Assembly: GCA_963665665.1 (NCBI GenBank)
Contig: OY762428.1
Location: forward strand, 5,248,001-5,312,000
Direction of reading: 5' to 3'
DNA length: 64,000 bases
From: Candidatus Kapaibacterium sp.
GTDB lineage: Bacteria > Bacteroidota > Ignavibacteria > Kapaibacteriales > UBA2268
Shown here: one piece after another, positions 1 to 10,971 of the stretch
How positions within the stretch are numbered: position 1 is the first letter of the stretch
Layout: each line of letters opens with the position of its first letter
Notes under the pieces: model-generated
Database searches by the model: none
Told to the model about the DNA's origin: nothing
The model's input: the letters and a program-made list of their open reading frames with translations, nothing else
Translations under genes and position numbers: made by a program

Positions 1-40
1 GAAGCCGAAAAAATGTTATAAATTGAAGAATAATCATTAC

Positions 41-78
41 AAAAAGCGTATCATCCAAATAATTGATACGCTTTTTTT
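41..78 (+). terminator. Intrinsic terminator of the gene ending upstream of the window
   Basis: AAAAAGCGTATCA...TGATACGCTTTTTTT stem-loop with T tract. Confidence 0.75.
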
Positions 79-192
79 GTTTTTTTTACAACAGATACTA
101 AATCAATACAAAATAAAATATTGATAGATTATAATCGCCTTGAAGATTCATGAATTCGGGCAAATGATTTTTTGAATTAATATATTGTATTG

Positions 193-200
193 TATATTTG
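193..200 (+). promoter_or_regulatory. Bacteroidota-type -7 promoter element (TAnnTTTG) upstream of topA
   Basis: TATATTTG about 50 nt before the ATG at 250. The same motif precedes other genes: 3466-3473, 5428-5435, 31989-31996, 42126-42133, 52793-52800, and on the minus strand 19462-19469 and 24142-24149. Confidence 0.55.
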
Positions 201-249
201 TTTTTCTAAAATTTACTATTGCAAATTATTATTGTCTCCGGGAATAAAT

Positions 250-2610
250 ATGGCTAAAACAGCTACAAAAAAGAAAACTACTGCTAAAAAGACGACGAAA
301 AGAAAATCTCCGGCAAAAAAAACTAACAAAACTTTACTCATAGTGGAGTCGCCGGCAAAAGCGAAAACTATAAATAAATATCTCGGTTCAACTTTTGTTG
401 TGGAAGCTTCAGTCGGGCATATTAAGGATCTTATTAAGGTTAGGCTGGGAGTTGATGTGGAAAACGGTTTCCAACCAAAATATTCAACCATAAAAGGTAA
501 GGGCGATATTATTAAGCGCCTGAAACAACTTGCCCAGACTTCGAAAAGAGTCCTGATCGCGACTGACCCCGACCGTGAAGGCGAGGCTATAGCATGGCAT
601 CTTGCTGAAGAAGTCAAACAGAAAAACGATAATGTTCAGCGGGTTCTTTTCAATGAGATAACGAAAACCGGAATTAAAAAAGGTATAGATGATCCACGTG
701 AAATTGACACAAACCTGTTTATGAGCCAGCAGGCCCGCAGGGTTATGGATCGACTTATTGGCTACCAGGTCTCACCTTTTCTTTCCAGGGCATTGCTTGA
801 AGTTACATCTAAACCGCTTTCAGCTGGAAGGGTACAATCTGTTGCTTTACGCATGATATGTGAACGCGAACAGGAAATCAGAGATTTCGAACCGATCGAA
901 TACTGGAACCTGAATGCACAATTTGATGTTGATTCAGGCAAAAAACTTGAAGCAAGATTAGTGGAATTTGATTTAAAATCGATGAAAAATCCCGAAGGTT
1001 CTGCAAAAGTTTTCAAAGAGAACGGCAAATATCATTTTATAAATAATAAAGAACAGGCTGATGATATCCTTACCAGGGTAAAAAATGAAGATTACCAGGT
1101 AAGTTCTGTTCAGAAAAGGAAAGTAAAAAGGAATCCACAGTCGCCGTTTACTACATCACTTATGCAACAGGAAGCTTCCAAACGCCTTGGTTTTTCAAAT
1201 AAGAAAACTATGATGATAGCCCAGAAATTATACGAGGGTGTAACACTCGGAGAAGAAGGCCAGGTTGGTTTGATTACATATATGAGGACCGACTCTACAA
1301 GATTATCACCTGAAGCCGAATCTTCTGCAAGAGATTTCATTGCTAAGGAATATGGAAATGAGTACATGCCGAAAAGCTCGCCAAAATATACATCAAAAAA
1401 ATCAAATATTCAGGATGCTCACGAAGCTATAAGGCCGACGAGTACCATATATAGCCCGAAAAGTTTGCGTTCCAAATTGAGCAAAGACGAGTATAAATTA
1501 TACGAGTTAATTTTTAATCGTTTCATAGCTTCGCAAATGTCGCCTGCACAGCTTGAACAATCAACAATTGAACTTAAAGGCGGAGATTTTGTTTTCAGGG
1601 CAACCGGTTCCGTGATAGTTTTCCAGGGTTTTTTGAAAGTATATGCTGACCTTAAAGAAAATGACAAAAACGGAAAACAAAAGCTTCCGGCAGGTATCGA
1701 GAAAAATATGCCTGCTGAATTACTGAAAGCTGATTCCAGTCAGTCCTTTACTAAGCCTAAGCCACGATTCACAGAGGCCAGTCTGGTGAAGGAACTTGAT
1801 GAACTTGGTATTGGAAGGCCGAGTACTTATGCACAGATAGTCTCTACAATTATTGACCGCGAATATGTACGGCTTGAGAAGAAATCTTTCTCTCCCACAG
1901 AATTAGGAGAAGAAGCAAATGGTGTCCTGGTTCATAACTTTCCTGATTTATTTAATGTTGATTTTACAGCAAGTATGGAAAATGAACTTGATACGATTGC
2001 CTTGGGTGATAAAGAATACGTAGATATGCTTAATGGTTTTTATCAGCCATTTACAAAATCTTTGAAGCATGCAGAGGAGCACGGGAATATACCTGAAATT
2101 CCCTGCGAAGAATGCGGTGCCCCTATGCTAATAAAAGTCAGCAGAAGAGGACGTTTCCTTGGATGTTCGAAATATCCTGATTGCACATTTACCAAGCCAC
2201 TTCCCAAACCAAAAGATGAACCGGATAAAAAAGAACCGATTATTATGGAGAATATCAAATGTGATATTTGCGGCAAACCTATGGCGCTCAGGGAAGGGCG
2301 CTTCGGACGCTTTTACGGATGTGTGGATTATCCGAATTGCAAAGGAATAAAACCAATTACTACCGGGGTGAAATGCCCTGAATGCAGCAAAGGTGAAATG
2401 GTGGAAAGATACAGTCCCAAATCCAGGAAAAAATTCTGGGGATGCTCTAATTATCCTGATTGTAAAAATCTTACCAATTACGAACCGGTTGATAAAAAAT
2501 GCCCCAATTGCGGCCACTATTTTCTTGAAGTCCGATTCAAAAAAGTTGCCAACGGATATGAGAAGTATCTCAACTGTCCGAGCTGTAAAGAGAAATTTGG
2601 TATAGAGTAA
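250..2610 (+). CDS. topA: DNA topoisomerase I (type IA) with C-terminal C4 zinc ribbons
   Basis: TOPRIM IVESPAKAKTI, ATDPDREGEAI, SAGRVQS, catalytic ITYMRTDS, GIGRPSTY, repeated CxxC...GC-x-YPxC. Start moved to ATG 250 (MAKTATKKK). Confidence 0.97.
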   Translation: MAKTATKKKTTAKKTTKRKSPAKKTNKTLLIVESPAKAKTINKYLGSTFVVEASVGHIKDLIKVRLGVDVENGFQPKYSTIKGKGDIIKRLKQLAQTSKRVLIATDPDREGEAIAWHLAEEVKQKNDNVQRVLFNEITKTGIKKGIDDPREIDTNLFMSQQARRVMDRLIGYQVSPFLSRALLEVTSKPLSAGRVQSVALRMICEREQEIRDFEPIEYWNLNAQFDVDSGKKLEARLVEFDLKSMKNPEGSAKVFKENGKYHFINNKEQADDILTRVKNEDYQVSSVQKRKVKRNPQSPFTTSLMQQEASKRLGFSNKKTMMIAQKLYEGVTLGEEGQVGLITYMRTDSTRLSPEAESSARDFIAKEYGNEYMPKSSPKYTSKKSNIQDAHEAIRPTSTIYSPKSLRSKLSKDEYKLYELIFNRFIASQMSPAQLEQSTIELKGGDFVFRATGSVIVFQGFLKVYADLKENDKNGKQKLPAGIEKNMPAELLKADSSQSFTKPKPRFTEASLVKELDELGIGRPSTYAQIVSTIIDREYVRLEKKSFSPTELGEEANGVLVHNFPDLFNVDFTASMENELDTIALGDKEYVDMLNGFYQPFTKSLKHAEEHGNIPEIPCEECGAPMLIKVSRRGRFLGCSKYPDCTFTKPLPKPKDEPDKKEPIIMENIKCDICGKPMALREGRFGRFYGCVDYPNCKGIKPITTGVKCPECSKGEMVERYSPKSRKKFWGCSNYPDCKNLTNYEPVDKKCPNCGHYFLEVRFKKVANGYEKYLNCPSCKEKFGIE

Positions 2611-2616
2611 ATTAAA

Positions 2617-2643
2617 AAAAGGCGGGGCGTATGTCCCGCTTTT
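2617..2643 (+). terminator. Intrinsic terminator after topA
   Basis: AAAAGGCGGGGC-GTAT-GTCCCGCTTTT hairpin. Confidence 0.7.
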
Positions 2644-2685
2644 GTTATATAGCTGATAATTGTTAACATATATTGGGATCTTACA

Positions 2686-3231
2686 ATGAGATTAAAAAAA
2701 GAAGATTGCGTGGCAATATGCCTTGATGTGCAGCAGAGGCTTTTTCCGATTATTGACGGAAACGAGAAACTGGAAAATAATATGCTTAAGCTTGCTAAAG
2801 GGTTGAAAGTACTTGCTGTTCCAACAATTGTAACCGAACAGTATCCCAAAGGTATCGGTGCTACAATTCCATCATTACAGGAAGTCCTTGGTGATGAATA
2901 TAAAGTAATTGAAAAATTATCATTCTCCTGCTGGGGAGAGGAAAAATTTATAAAAGCTGTTGAAGATTCGGGAAAAAAAACTATCCTGATCTATGGGATT
3001 GAATCTCATGTTTGTGTTTTACAAACAGTTGTTGATATGATTGCCGAAGGCTTTAACGTTGTAGTTGCCGCCGATTGTGTTTCTTCACGCGATCCTTACA
3101 ACAAGAAAATTGCGCTAAAAAGAATGAGGGAAGAAGGAGCTTATATGACAACAGCAGAAAGCATTCTTTTCGAATTTCTGGAGCGCTCCGGAACAGAAGA
3201 ATTCAAAGCTATATCGAAGATCGTAAAATAG
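2686..3231 (+). CDS. Isochorismatase/cysteine hydrolase family protein (YcaC-like)
   Basis: LDVQQRL, TEQYPKGIG, EKLSFSC, GIESHVCVLQT motifs. Confidence 0.92.
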   Translation: MRLKKEDCVAICLDVQQRLFPIIDGNEKLENNMLKLAKGLKVLAVPTIVTEQYPKGIGATIPSLQEVLGDEYKVIEKLSFSCWGEEKFIKAVEDSGKKTILIYGIESHVCVLQTVVDMIAEGFNVVVAADCVSSRDPYNKKIALKRMREEGAYMTTAESILFEFLERSGTEEFKAISKIVK

Positions 3232-3300
3232 TTGGTTCAAAGTGAATCAGATGTAAACAGTTTTTTTTCTTCTAATCTGGAATTGAGCAAAAATGATTTT

Positions 3301-3329
3301 TCCCGGGGCCTGATCCCGGGATTTTTTTT
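3301..3329 (+). terminator. Intrinsic terminator
   Basis: TCCCGGG...CCCGGGA followed by a T tract. Confidence 0.7.
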
Positions 3330-3506
3330 CCATATTGCAGCAGTTCTGATGATTCTCAATATCTCTGCTGATACATCCAATTTAGGAAAACAAGCCAGAA
3401 ATTCTTATTTTCACACTGATCAGCTGGAATAAATATTTAATTTTGAATACAAATCCTAAAATCAATATTTTTGCAAATTGAAAATATTTATTAACATGGA
3501 ATAATT

Positions 3507-5231
3507 ATGGATATCCCTTTAGATCAATTTGAGTTTTATATTGAAGAAAAAATATTGGAACGCGGACTGAAGTATTGCACCAGCGGACTTGTGCAGCAGC
3601 CCGAAGACAGCTTTGACGGCGGATATAAATTCCTGGTTGAAGGTAGCAATGATTATACTGTGAAATTCAAATTAAAGGATGGGGTGATAAGTGATCACCT
3701 TTGTACCTGCCCGTATAACGACGGCCCTGTTTGCAAGCATGTGGCTGCGGCAATTTTTTATATTCAAAAAGATGAGCTCGGACTGAAAATCAGGAAACGA
3801 AGAAAGAAACAAAACACAAAGAAAAAATCTTTGACTCAGGAAGAGCAGGTTGAATATATAATCAAATTGATTCAGGAAGATGAATTGAAGGATTTTGTGC
3901 TGGCTGAAGTACATCGTAACAAAAATTTCCGGGATATGTTTTTATCAATATTTTCAAAATATAGCCCGATAGAAACAAAGGCTTCGTATCAAACTGTTTT
4001 GAAATCCGTAATTAAATCTAATACGGATAGGTGGGGATTGAAACATAACGGAGAAGATAATATTGCTAATGCAATCAGAGGCATGATTGATTCTGCAAAA
4101 CATCAGCTTGGGTCAGGAAATATCAAAGCTGCATTGGCTATATCAACTGTTGTTTTTGAAAATGTACTGACAACGCCTGTACTTATCGGGGAGGGGGAAT
4201 TAAAAATCGCTGCATTAATAACAGACACAGTCGATTTATTTGAACGAATTGCCGCTAATAATGCCGATGAAAGAATCAGAAAGAATATGTTGAAATTCTT
4301 TACAAAAATATTTGATGACGACAGAATTTGGCAATATGATATTAATATGAATATTCTTAAATCAGCATCTTTTTTTGCGAAAAATCCGGAAGAAATAGCT
4401 CAAATTGACAAAATGACATTTCAGAATGACAGGAATGAAGCTAAATACAGGAATGTAGAAACACTCAAATACGAGCTAATGCTGGATATGGTTAGCGAAG
4501 AGCAGGCTGAAGATTATCTGGAAAAGAATATGGATAATAAAAATGTAAGGTTTGTTGCGATAAACAGGGCAATTGACAAAAATGATTATCAAAAAGCCGA
4601 GAAACTAACACGGGAAGGAATAAAAAGAGAAATTGAAAATAATGGCAGGGGATTAAATGAATGGTATGAAATTCTGTTTAATATCGGAGATTTGACTAAT
4701 AATAATGATATGCTGATCGAGAGCACCAGATTTCTTTTCATTAATTCCTATGAATTTATTGTTGAATATTATAAAGAATTGGTTGATGCAGTTGACCCGG
4801 ATAAATGGGAAGTTTTTTTAAAAGAAGTTATTGGTGAAATTCAAAAAAAGAAATATGTGGAAATTGAATTTCTTCCTGATCTTTATGTAGAAGAAATGGA
4901 TTGGGAATCTTTATTCGTGGAAATAACAAAATATGCTCATAAAGATCTCTGGAATGGTTATACAAATTTCTTTCAATTGCTAAATAAATACGATGAATAT
5001 CTTGCCGATAATATCGGCGGACGATTCTTTCAAATGTATGTTGAATTTATAAAAGAATTTGTTTTGAATAGCAAAAAAGGGAAAGATTATGTAAAAGTAC
5101 GAGAAGAAATTGAAAGAATGATTATGCTCGGAGGTGAGGATGAAGCAATGAAACTATTGGATTATCTAAGGGTTAAATTTAAAGGTAGAAAGAGTTTGCA
5201 ATATGAACTTTCAAATGTCAGGTATTGGTAG
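3507..5231 (+). CDS. SWIM zinc-finger domain protein with helical C-terminal region
   Basis: CTCPY-x4-VCKH SWIM motif preceded by VEGSNDYTV. Confidence 0.85.
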   Translation: MDIPLDQFEFYIEEKILERGLKYCTSGLVQQPEDSFDGGYKFLVEGSNDYTVKFKLKDGVISDHLCTCPYNDGPVCKHVAAAIFYIQKDELGLKIRKRRKKQNTKKKSLTQEEQVEYIIKLIQEDELKDFVLAEVHRNKNFRDMFLSIFSKYSPIETKASYQTVLKSVIKSNTDRWGLKHNGEDNIANAIRGMIDSAKHQLGSGNIKAALAISTVVFENVLTTPVLIGEGELKIAALITDTVDLFERIAANNADERIRKNMLKFFTKIFDDDRIWQYDINMNILKSASFFAKNPEEIAQIDKMTFQNDRNEAKYRNVETLKYELMLDMVSEEQAEDYLEKNMDNKNVRFVAINRAIDKNDYQKAEKLTREGIKREIENNGRGLNEWYEILFNIGDLTNNNDMLIESTRFLFINSYEFIVEYYKELVDAVDPDKWEVFLKEVIGEIQKKKYVEIEFLPDLYVEEMDWESLFVEITKYAHKDLWNGYTNFFQLLNKYDEYLADNIGGRFFQMYVEFIKEFVLNSKKGKDYVKVREEIERMIMLGGEDEAMKLLDYLRVKFKGRKSLQYELSNVRYW

Positions 5232-5480
5232 TTATTTCAAAATTTCTACAGCTTTCAACTGATAATTATTTCAAAGTAATTGTTAATCGAATAACTAAAT
5301 TCATAACAAAAAAATTTATGAAATTTCTTTTATTATATTATTAAACCCATGCGCCTGTCAACGCAAAATGTGCAAAACTAATTGCAAAAAAGCCCTGATT
5401 TTATAGGGATAAGTCGCCTGAAATTCGTATTTTTGTAAGTTATAATAATTATTATTTGATAATTCAACAATTGAGACGAA

Positions 5481-7979
5481 ATGTCACTTTTTGCTAAAGA
5501 ACACATAGTGCCGACAATACTCGAAGACGAGATGAAGACGTCCTATCTGGACTACTCCATGTCTGTTATCGTTTCAAGGGCATTGCCGGACGTTAGGGAC
5601 GGGCTGAAACCTGTTCACAGAAGAATTTTATTTGCTATGCACGAGTTGGGCCTGCAACCAAATAAGTCTTATAAGAAATCAGCAAGGCTTGTGGGTGAAG
5701 TGCTCGGTAAATACCATCCGCACGGCGATTCAGCCGTATATGACGCAATGGTCAGGATGGCACAGGAATGGTCTTTGCGCTATCCATTTGTTGACGGCCA
5801 GGGTAACTATGGCTCAATTGACGGCGATTCACCGGCTGCCATGCGTTATACTGAAACCAGGATGGCATATATTGCAACAGAGGTTCTGAAAGATATTGAG
5901 AAAAATACTGTTGATTTTACTCCCAACTTTGACGAGTCTCTTGAAGAACCGACTGTACTCCCATCCATAGCGCCGACATTGCTTCTGAATGGGGCCAGCG
6001 GTATTGCTGTTGGTATGGCTACCAATATTCCCCCACACAATCTTAATGAGATCGCCGCCGGAATTAAAGCCTATATTGAAAATCCGGAAATTACTGATGA
6101 AGAATTAATTCAACATGTTCCGGGCCCTGATTTCCCGACTGCCGGGATCATATATGGTTATAGCGGTGTAAAAGATGCCTACATGACAGGCCGCGGCAGG
6201 ATAATTGTCCGTGCTAAAGCATTTATCGAAGAGAATAAAACAAAATCTGCAATTGTTGTTTCAGAACTGCCCTACCAGGTTAATAAGGCTAACCTTATTG
6301 AAAAAATTGCCGATCTGGTAAAAAATAAATCAATCGAAGATATATCAGATATCAGGGATGAATCTGACAGGGACGGCATCAGGGTTGTTATCGAACTAAA
6401 AAGGGATGCTATACCCGGTGTTGTTCTGAATAACCTGTATAAACATACTCAGATGCAGGTAACTTTTGGCGCTAATATGCTGGCCCTTGTGGACGGAGCT
6501 CCAAAAGTTCTGACTCTTAAACAGATGATCCACCACTTCGTCAATCACAGGCTGGATGTTATTGTAAGAAGGACACAGTTTGAACTTGACGCTGCTCAGA
6601 AACGCGCCCACATATTGGAAGGCCTTCTGAAAGCGCTCGACCATATTGATGAAGTTATAAATATTATAAGAAGTTCAAAAGATACACCGACAGCATCGAA
6701 AAGATTGCAGGAAACTTTTGAATTTTCCGAGATTCAGGCAAAAGCAATTCTCGAAATGAGGCTTTCAAGGCTTACAGGGCTTGAAAGAGAAAAACTCCAG
6801 GCTGAGTATGCCGAGCTTATCAGGGAAATCGAAAGATTGAAAGCAATTCTTGCAAGCCGTGAGCTTCAGTATCAGATGATTATTGAAGACATTGATGCAC
6901 TGGTTGCCAGGTTTGGTGATGAACGCCGTACTGAAATAGTTTTCAATGCCGAGGAATTCTCTGTTGAAGATATGATTGCAAACGAAGATGTGATTATTAC
7001 AATTACACATAACGGTTTTATCAAGAGAACCAAAGTAAGCAATTACAGACGGCAGAATAAAGGCGGCAGGGGAGCGAGTGGTGCCGGAACCCACGACGAG
7101 GATTTCGTTGAGCATGTTTTCCAGACTGCCACACACCACTTCCTGTTGTTCTTTACGGATATGGGCCGAGTCTACAGGGTTAAGGTATATGACCTACCTG
7201 AAGGAAGCAGGAATGCCAAAGGTCGCTCACTTGCTAATGTTATTCAGAAAATGCCGGATGAAACTGTTACAGCATATCTGCCGGTTAAAGAATTTACTGA
7301 CGATCAGTTCATTCTGATGGGAACATTGAACGGAACGATAAAGAAAACTGTTCTTTCTGCTTTCCAGAATGTCAGGCAGAATGGTATTATCGCATTAACA
7401 CTTGCAGAAAATGACAGGCTTATTTCCGTAAGGCTTACAGACGGGAAATGTGATGTTATACTTTGTTCAAGAAACGGCCTTGCCTGCCGGTTCCGTGAGT
7501 CAGATGTCCGTGCTATGGGCCGTACTGCTGCTGGTGTTCGCGGAATTTCTCTTGCTGACGGCGATATTGTCAAATCAATGATAGTTATTACCCGGCCTGA
7601 CGAGCAAATACTCGTTGTTGGCGAGAAAGGTTATGGCAAACGAACTAAGTTTGAAGATTTCAGGCTTACAAAGCGTGGCGCCAAGGGTGTTATTGCAATG
7701 AATATCACTCCTAAAACCGGTAAGATCGTTGGTATGAAATCAGTTGTTGACAGCCAGGACCTGATTGTTATAACTGTTAAAGGTATCCTGATACGTCAGT
7801 CAATAAAACCAATCAGAACTATTGGCAGGAATACCCAGGGTGTTAAGTTGATAAGGCTTGATCCGGGCGACACAATAGCTGATATTACAACCGTTACCAG
7901 AGAAGAGAACAGTGATAACGACGAAAAAGAAACTGATATTCCCGGACAGGACGGGGTTCAGGAAACAATGGGATTCTGA
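5481..7979 (+). CDS. gyrA: DNA gyrase subunit A
   Basis: [32 protein letters not shown], GyrA-box-like QNKGGRG, C-terminal beta-pinwheel repeats ([20 protein letters not shown]). Confidence 0.96.
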   Translation: MSLFAKEHIVPTILEDEMKTSYLDYSMSVIVSRALPDVRDGLKPVHRRILFAMHELGLQPNKSYKKSARLVGEVLGKYHPHGDSAVYDAMVRMAQEWSLRYPFVDGQGNYGSIDGDSPAAMRYTETRMAYIATEVLKDIEKNTVDFTPNFDESLEEPTVLPSIAPTLLLNGASGIAVGMATNIPPHNLNEIAAGIKAYIENPEITDEELIQHVPGPDFPTAGIIYGYSGVKDAYMTGRGRIIVRAKAFIEENKTKSAIVVSELPYQVNKANLIEKIADLVKNKSIEDISDIRDESDRDGIRVVIELKRDAIPGVVLNNLYKHTQMQVTFGANMLALVDGAPKVLTLKQMIHHFVNHRLDVIVRRTQFELDAAQKRAHILEGLLKALDHIDEVINIIRSSKDTPTASKRLQETFEFSEIQAKAILEMRLSRLTGLEREKLQAEYAELIREIERLKAILASRELQYQMIIEDIDALVARFGDERRTEIVFNAEEFSVEDMIANEDVIITITHNGFIKRTKVSNYRRQNKGGRGASGAGTHDEDFVEHVFQTATHHFLLFFTDMGRVYRVKVYDLPEGSRNAKGRSLANVIQKMPDETVTAYLPVKEFTDDQFILMGTLNGTIKKTVLSAFQNVRQNGIIALTLAENDRLISVRLTDGKCDVILCSRNGLACRFRESDVRAMGRTAAGVRGISLADGDIVKSMIVITRPDEQILVVGEKGYGKRTKFEDFRLTKRGAKGVIAMNITPKTGKIVGMKSVVDSQDLIVITVKGILIRQSIKPIRTIGRNTQGVKLIRLDPGDTIADITTVTREENSDNDEKETDIPGQDGVQETMGF

Positions 7980-8013
7980 TTCTGTTGATTTTCTGATTTG
8001 AGTAATAAAATAT

Positions 8014-8050
8014 AAACCTTTCGAAGATGAAAAAATTCGGAAGGTTTTTT
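8014..8050. terminator. Probably bidirectional terminator between convergent gyrA and K+ channel genes
   Basis: AAACCTTTCGAA...TTCGGAAGGTTT inverted repeat with T tract. Confidence 0.65.
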
Positions 8051-9097
8051 TTATTCGCCATTCAGGGCAATTTTTTCGAATTTCGCTGTTTGTTCTTTTG
8101 TCCCCATTACAAGAACCCGATCGCCGGCAAGGATTTTGAATTGTCCGTTAGGATTCATGAAGGATTGGCCATTTCTAATAATTGCCAGTACACTGGCGCC
8201 GCATTTCTTCCTTATATCAAGTTCTATCAGTGTTTTTCCGTTCCATTTGCTGTTTGCCGGAAGCATCACGCTATCCACGCTAATATCAATATCCCCGGAT
8301 GCGAGGCTCGATTCCATGAATTCAACCACATTGGGGTTCACCATCTGCTGGGCAAGTCTCATACCGCCAATACTGTATGGGTTCACAATCTGATTAGCTC
8401 CGGCCTTTTCAAGTTTCGTAACTGAGCTTTCCTCGTCGGCACGAGCCACAATATGCAAATCCGGTTTCAGAACTTTAGCACTTAGAACAACAAAAACTGT
8501 TGTTGCCGAATTGGCTGTTGTAACAATTATTCCTCGTGCCCGTTCTATTCCTGCTTTGATAAGGGTTTCGTCTTCGGTGGCATCACCCACGATAAAGAAA
8601 TTACCTTCTTTCTCAATTTCATCCTCGCTGCCGCCAAGATTTTCCTCAACAATAACAAGGGTTTCATTATGCTTATTCAGTACTTTTGCAGCTAACGAGC
8701 CAACCCTGCCATATCCGATAAGAATAATATGATCTGAAAGTTTAGCTATTTTTTTTTCCATTTTTTTCTTTCCCCGGATATTGTGCAATTGAATAATAAA
8801 AAGGTTTTCCATAAATATCGACAAAACGTAAAAAAGACTGCCAATCCCCAGAACACCGATTGCTATAGTAAATATTCTGCCAATACTGTCCAGAGGATAA
8901 ACCTCCTCGTATCCTATTGTAGTAATAGTAATAAAAGTCATATAAAAATGATCCAGCCAGTTGGAGTTTGTATCCTGCCATAATACTCCATACCCGAAAG
9001 TACCGCCTACAATAACTGCCAATAAAATTAAAATCGGCAATATCGGCCTTTTCAATTCAATATTTTCTTCTTTTGCAGTTCTTAGCAGGTTTAGCAT
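8051..9097 (-). CDS. Potassium channel protein with TrkA-N/TrkA-C (RCK) domains
   Basis: TITTIGY pore filter, two TM helices, IGYGRVG Rossmann motif, GDAT, C-terminal TrkA-C. Start set at MLNLLR. Confidence 0.92.
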   Translation of the reverse strand: MLNLLRTAKEENIELKRPILPILILLAVIVGGTFGYGVLWQDTNSNWLDHFYMTFITITTIGYEEVYPLDSIGRIFTIAIGVLGIGSLFYVLSIFMENLFIIQLHNIRGKKKMEKKIAKLSDHIILIGYGRVGSLAAKVLNKHNETLVIVEENLGGSEDEIEKEGNFFIVGDATEDETLIKAGIERARGIIVTTANSATTVFVVLSAKVLKPDLHIVARADEESSVTKLEKAGANQIVNPYSIGGMRLAQQMVNPNVVEFMESSLASGDIDISVDSVMLPANSKWNGKTLIELDIRKKCGASVLAIIRNGQSFMNPNGQFKILAGDRVLVMGTKEQTAKFEKIALNGE

Positions 9098-9308
9098 AAT
9101 TTTGTCAAAATTTATAGTAATATAAGATATAAAACCAAAAAGCAAATTAAAAATACGAAAAAGCTGAATATTAAGGAAACATATTTTTTTGAATAGTTCC
9201 GCAAATTTCAGAACTCCGGAATCCGCGTAATCTATAAATTCGTTGTTGCTGATTATTCCAAATCAGTTTCCGCCCCCAAAACACACACAGTGCGGAACAC
9301 ACACACAT

Positions 9309-9638
9309 TTATTTAAGGCATTGATTTTTTACCTTTTTGATTTTCTGTCCAAAATCAGCTTTGGTTCGGCTCACATCCAAAACCGGGAGATTTAGCATAA
9401 GTTTCATTATTCTTAATATTAAGAGATCACTGCCGCCAACAGCTGACGGATTAGTAGCGGATAAAGCCGGAAAATGTTGCACTGAAGCAAGTGAAGGAGT
9501 CATTCTTCTTGATTTTATCATAGAAACAAGTGTATTCTTTATTTCGATTCTGCCACTGCCGAAGAATTTTATTCTTTCCCGGGGGCTTGAAAACGCATAA
9601 TTTGGAGAAATTAATCCCTGAATATAATTGAATTTCAA
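9309..9638 (-). CDS. Possible hypothetical protein (109 aa)
   Basis: Longest ORF in a 1.3-kb gap, TTG start, no recognisable motif. Confidence 0.25.
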   Translation of the reverse strand: MKFNYIQGLISPNYAFSSPRERIKFFGSGRIEIKNTLVSMIKSRRMTPSLASVQHFPALSATNPSAVGGSDLLILRIMKLMLNLPVLDVSRTKADFGQKIKKVKNQCLK

Positions 9639-9777
9639 CTATCCGGATCATATTCCTGTCAAATTTTTACTTATTTCCTATCCGTCCTCATAATTGACTG
9701 ATATTATTGATATTAATACCTTTTATACATCCTTCTGAAACGATTTTTTACAGCCCAAATCCCTTTTTCTGAGCTTT

Positions 9778-9966
9778 CCGAGCGTTCCCCCGTGCCTTCC
9801 GAGCGTTCCCTCGTGCCTGCCGAGCATTCCCTCGTGCCTGCCGAGCGTTCCCCCGATCTTTCCGAGCATTCCCCCGACCCTGCCGAGCATTCCCTCGTGA
9901 TTTCCGAGCGTTCCCTCGTGCTTTCCGAGCATTCCCTCGTGCCTGCCGAGCGTTCCCCCATGCCTT
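9778..9966. repeat. Tandem array of nine 21-bp units (consensus CCGAGC(G/A)TTCCC(T/C)CGTGC(C/T)T(G/T))
   Basis: Units start at 9778, 9799, 9820, 9841, 9862, 9883, 9904, 9925 and 9946. GC-rich island in AT-rich intergenic DNA. Confidence 0.95.
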
Positions 9967-10416
9967 CCGAGACACTTTTTCAGGTAAAATTCTACTCAGA
10001 AAAGACAGAGTTTCAATTTTTTGATATAGAATTTCGTTCTATTGGTCAGTTCGTTCCCCTTGATCAATTGATGTTTTAATAGGAAAGTAGCGGAATTTGC
10101 TATGGCGATGAAAATATTCAGTTGAAAAACATTGAAGTTTGCTATGCCCGGCAAACTTAATGATCATTTTGCACAGAATTTCAATCGGATGAGGGTAGAG
10201 ATAACTAAGTTACAATATGTATCAGGTTTCGGAGAGTATAATCTTGCAATACAAGCTTTAATCCCCGATATTTGATACCGCCCCCTTTTCGTATTACCCC
10301 TGACAAAGCAATAAAAATAAAGATGAAGCCGCCTGATAAGCTGACCTTGTGTCACTTTGATTGCAACGAAGAGTCCATATCCTGGAAATTATACCTTAGA
10401 TAGTTGTCCCGACAGT

Positions 10417-10902
10417 CTATTCCTTTTCTTCACCCGATTCAATACGGATTTTGCCGTCCTTTTGCAGTTGTTCTTTTGATTTTGCATGCACCATGTGCGA
10501 AAACTCCTGCTCGTTTTTATAAACTGCATCAGAAATTGTAACAAGTAGTCTTTGCATTTTCCTGCCAACCGGACTTTCGTAGAATTTGATGAGTTCTTTG
10601 ATTTCGGAATGAGTAAAATTTTCATCATACACGGGAATATTCATTTCAATGAACTTGTAGGGGCTATGCATTTGCATCAGTTTTGTCCAGTATTCATCAG
10701 GAGCGTCAACATATCTCTGGTAGGAATTAACAACATATTTGATTATGTTGTAAGCAACCTGTTCATTACCCATTAGCGTAAGAAGTTTAACGATATCTGC
10801 TTTTTTAGCAGGATTGATTTCTGAATTATTTTCCTGTGAAAATGATGAAAGCGAAGAAAATAATATCATGACTGCAATAATCGATACAAATTTTTTCATC
10901 AA
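10417..10902 (-). CDS. DUF2059-like exported protein
   Basis: Signal peptide; VYDENFTHSEIKELIKFYESPVGRK motif. Confidence 0.8.
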   Translation of the reverse strand: MMKKFVSIIAVMILFSSLSSFSQENNSEINPAKKADIVKLLTLMGNEQVAYNIIKYVVNSYQRYVDAPDEYWTKLMQMHSPYKFIEMNIPVYDENFTHSEIKELIKFYESPVGRKMQRLLVTISDAVYKNEQEFSHMVHAKSKEQLQKDGKIRIESGEEKE

Positions 10903-10971
10903 TAACTCTCCGTTTTTAATAATTTTTATTATTCAAATACATTAACAATTTATAACTGATAAAATCAACAT

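Noticed and set aside
3232-3432. 66-aa ORF after the isochorismatase gene
   Set aside because: Spans a terminator hairpin, TTG start without RBS, no motif
5481-7979. parC instead of gyrA
   Set aside because: A GyrA-box-like motif and a full pinwheel C-terminal domain are present
9713-10079. Repeat-derived ORFs, or a CRISPR array, at the 21-bp repeat
   Set aside because: Units are contiguous with no unique spacers and there are no cas genes; the overlapping ORFs are repeat artefacts. The 47 kb and 59 kb arrays fail as CRISPR for the same reason
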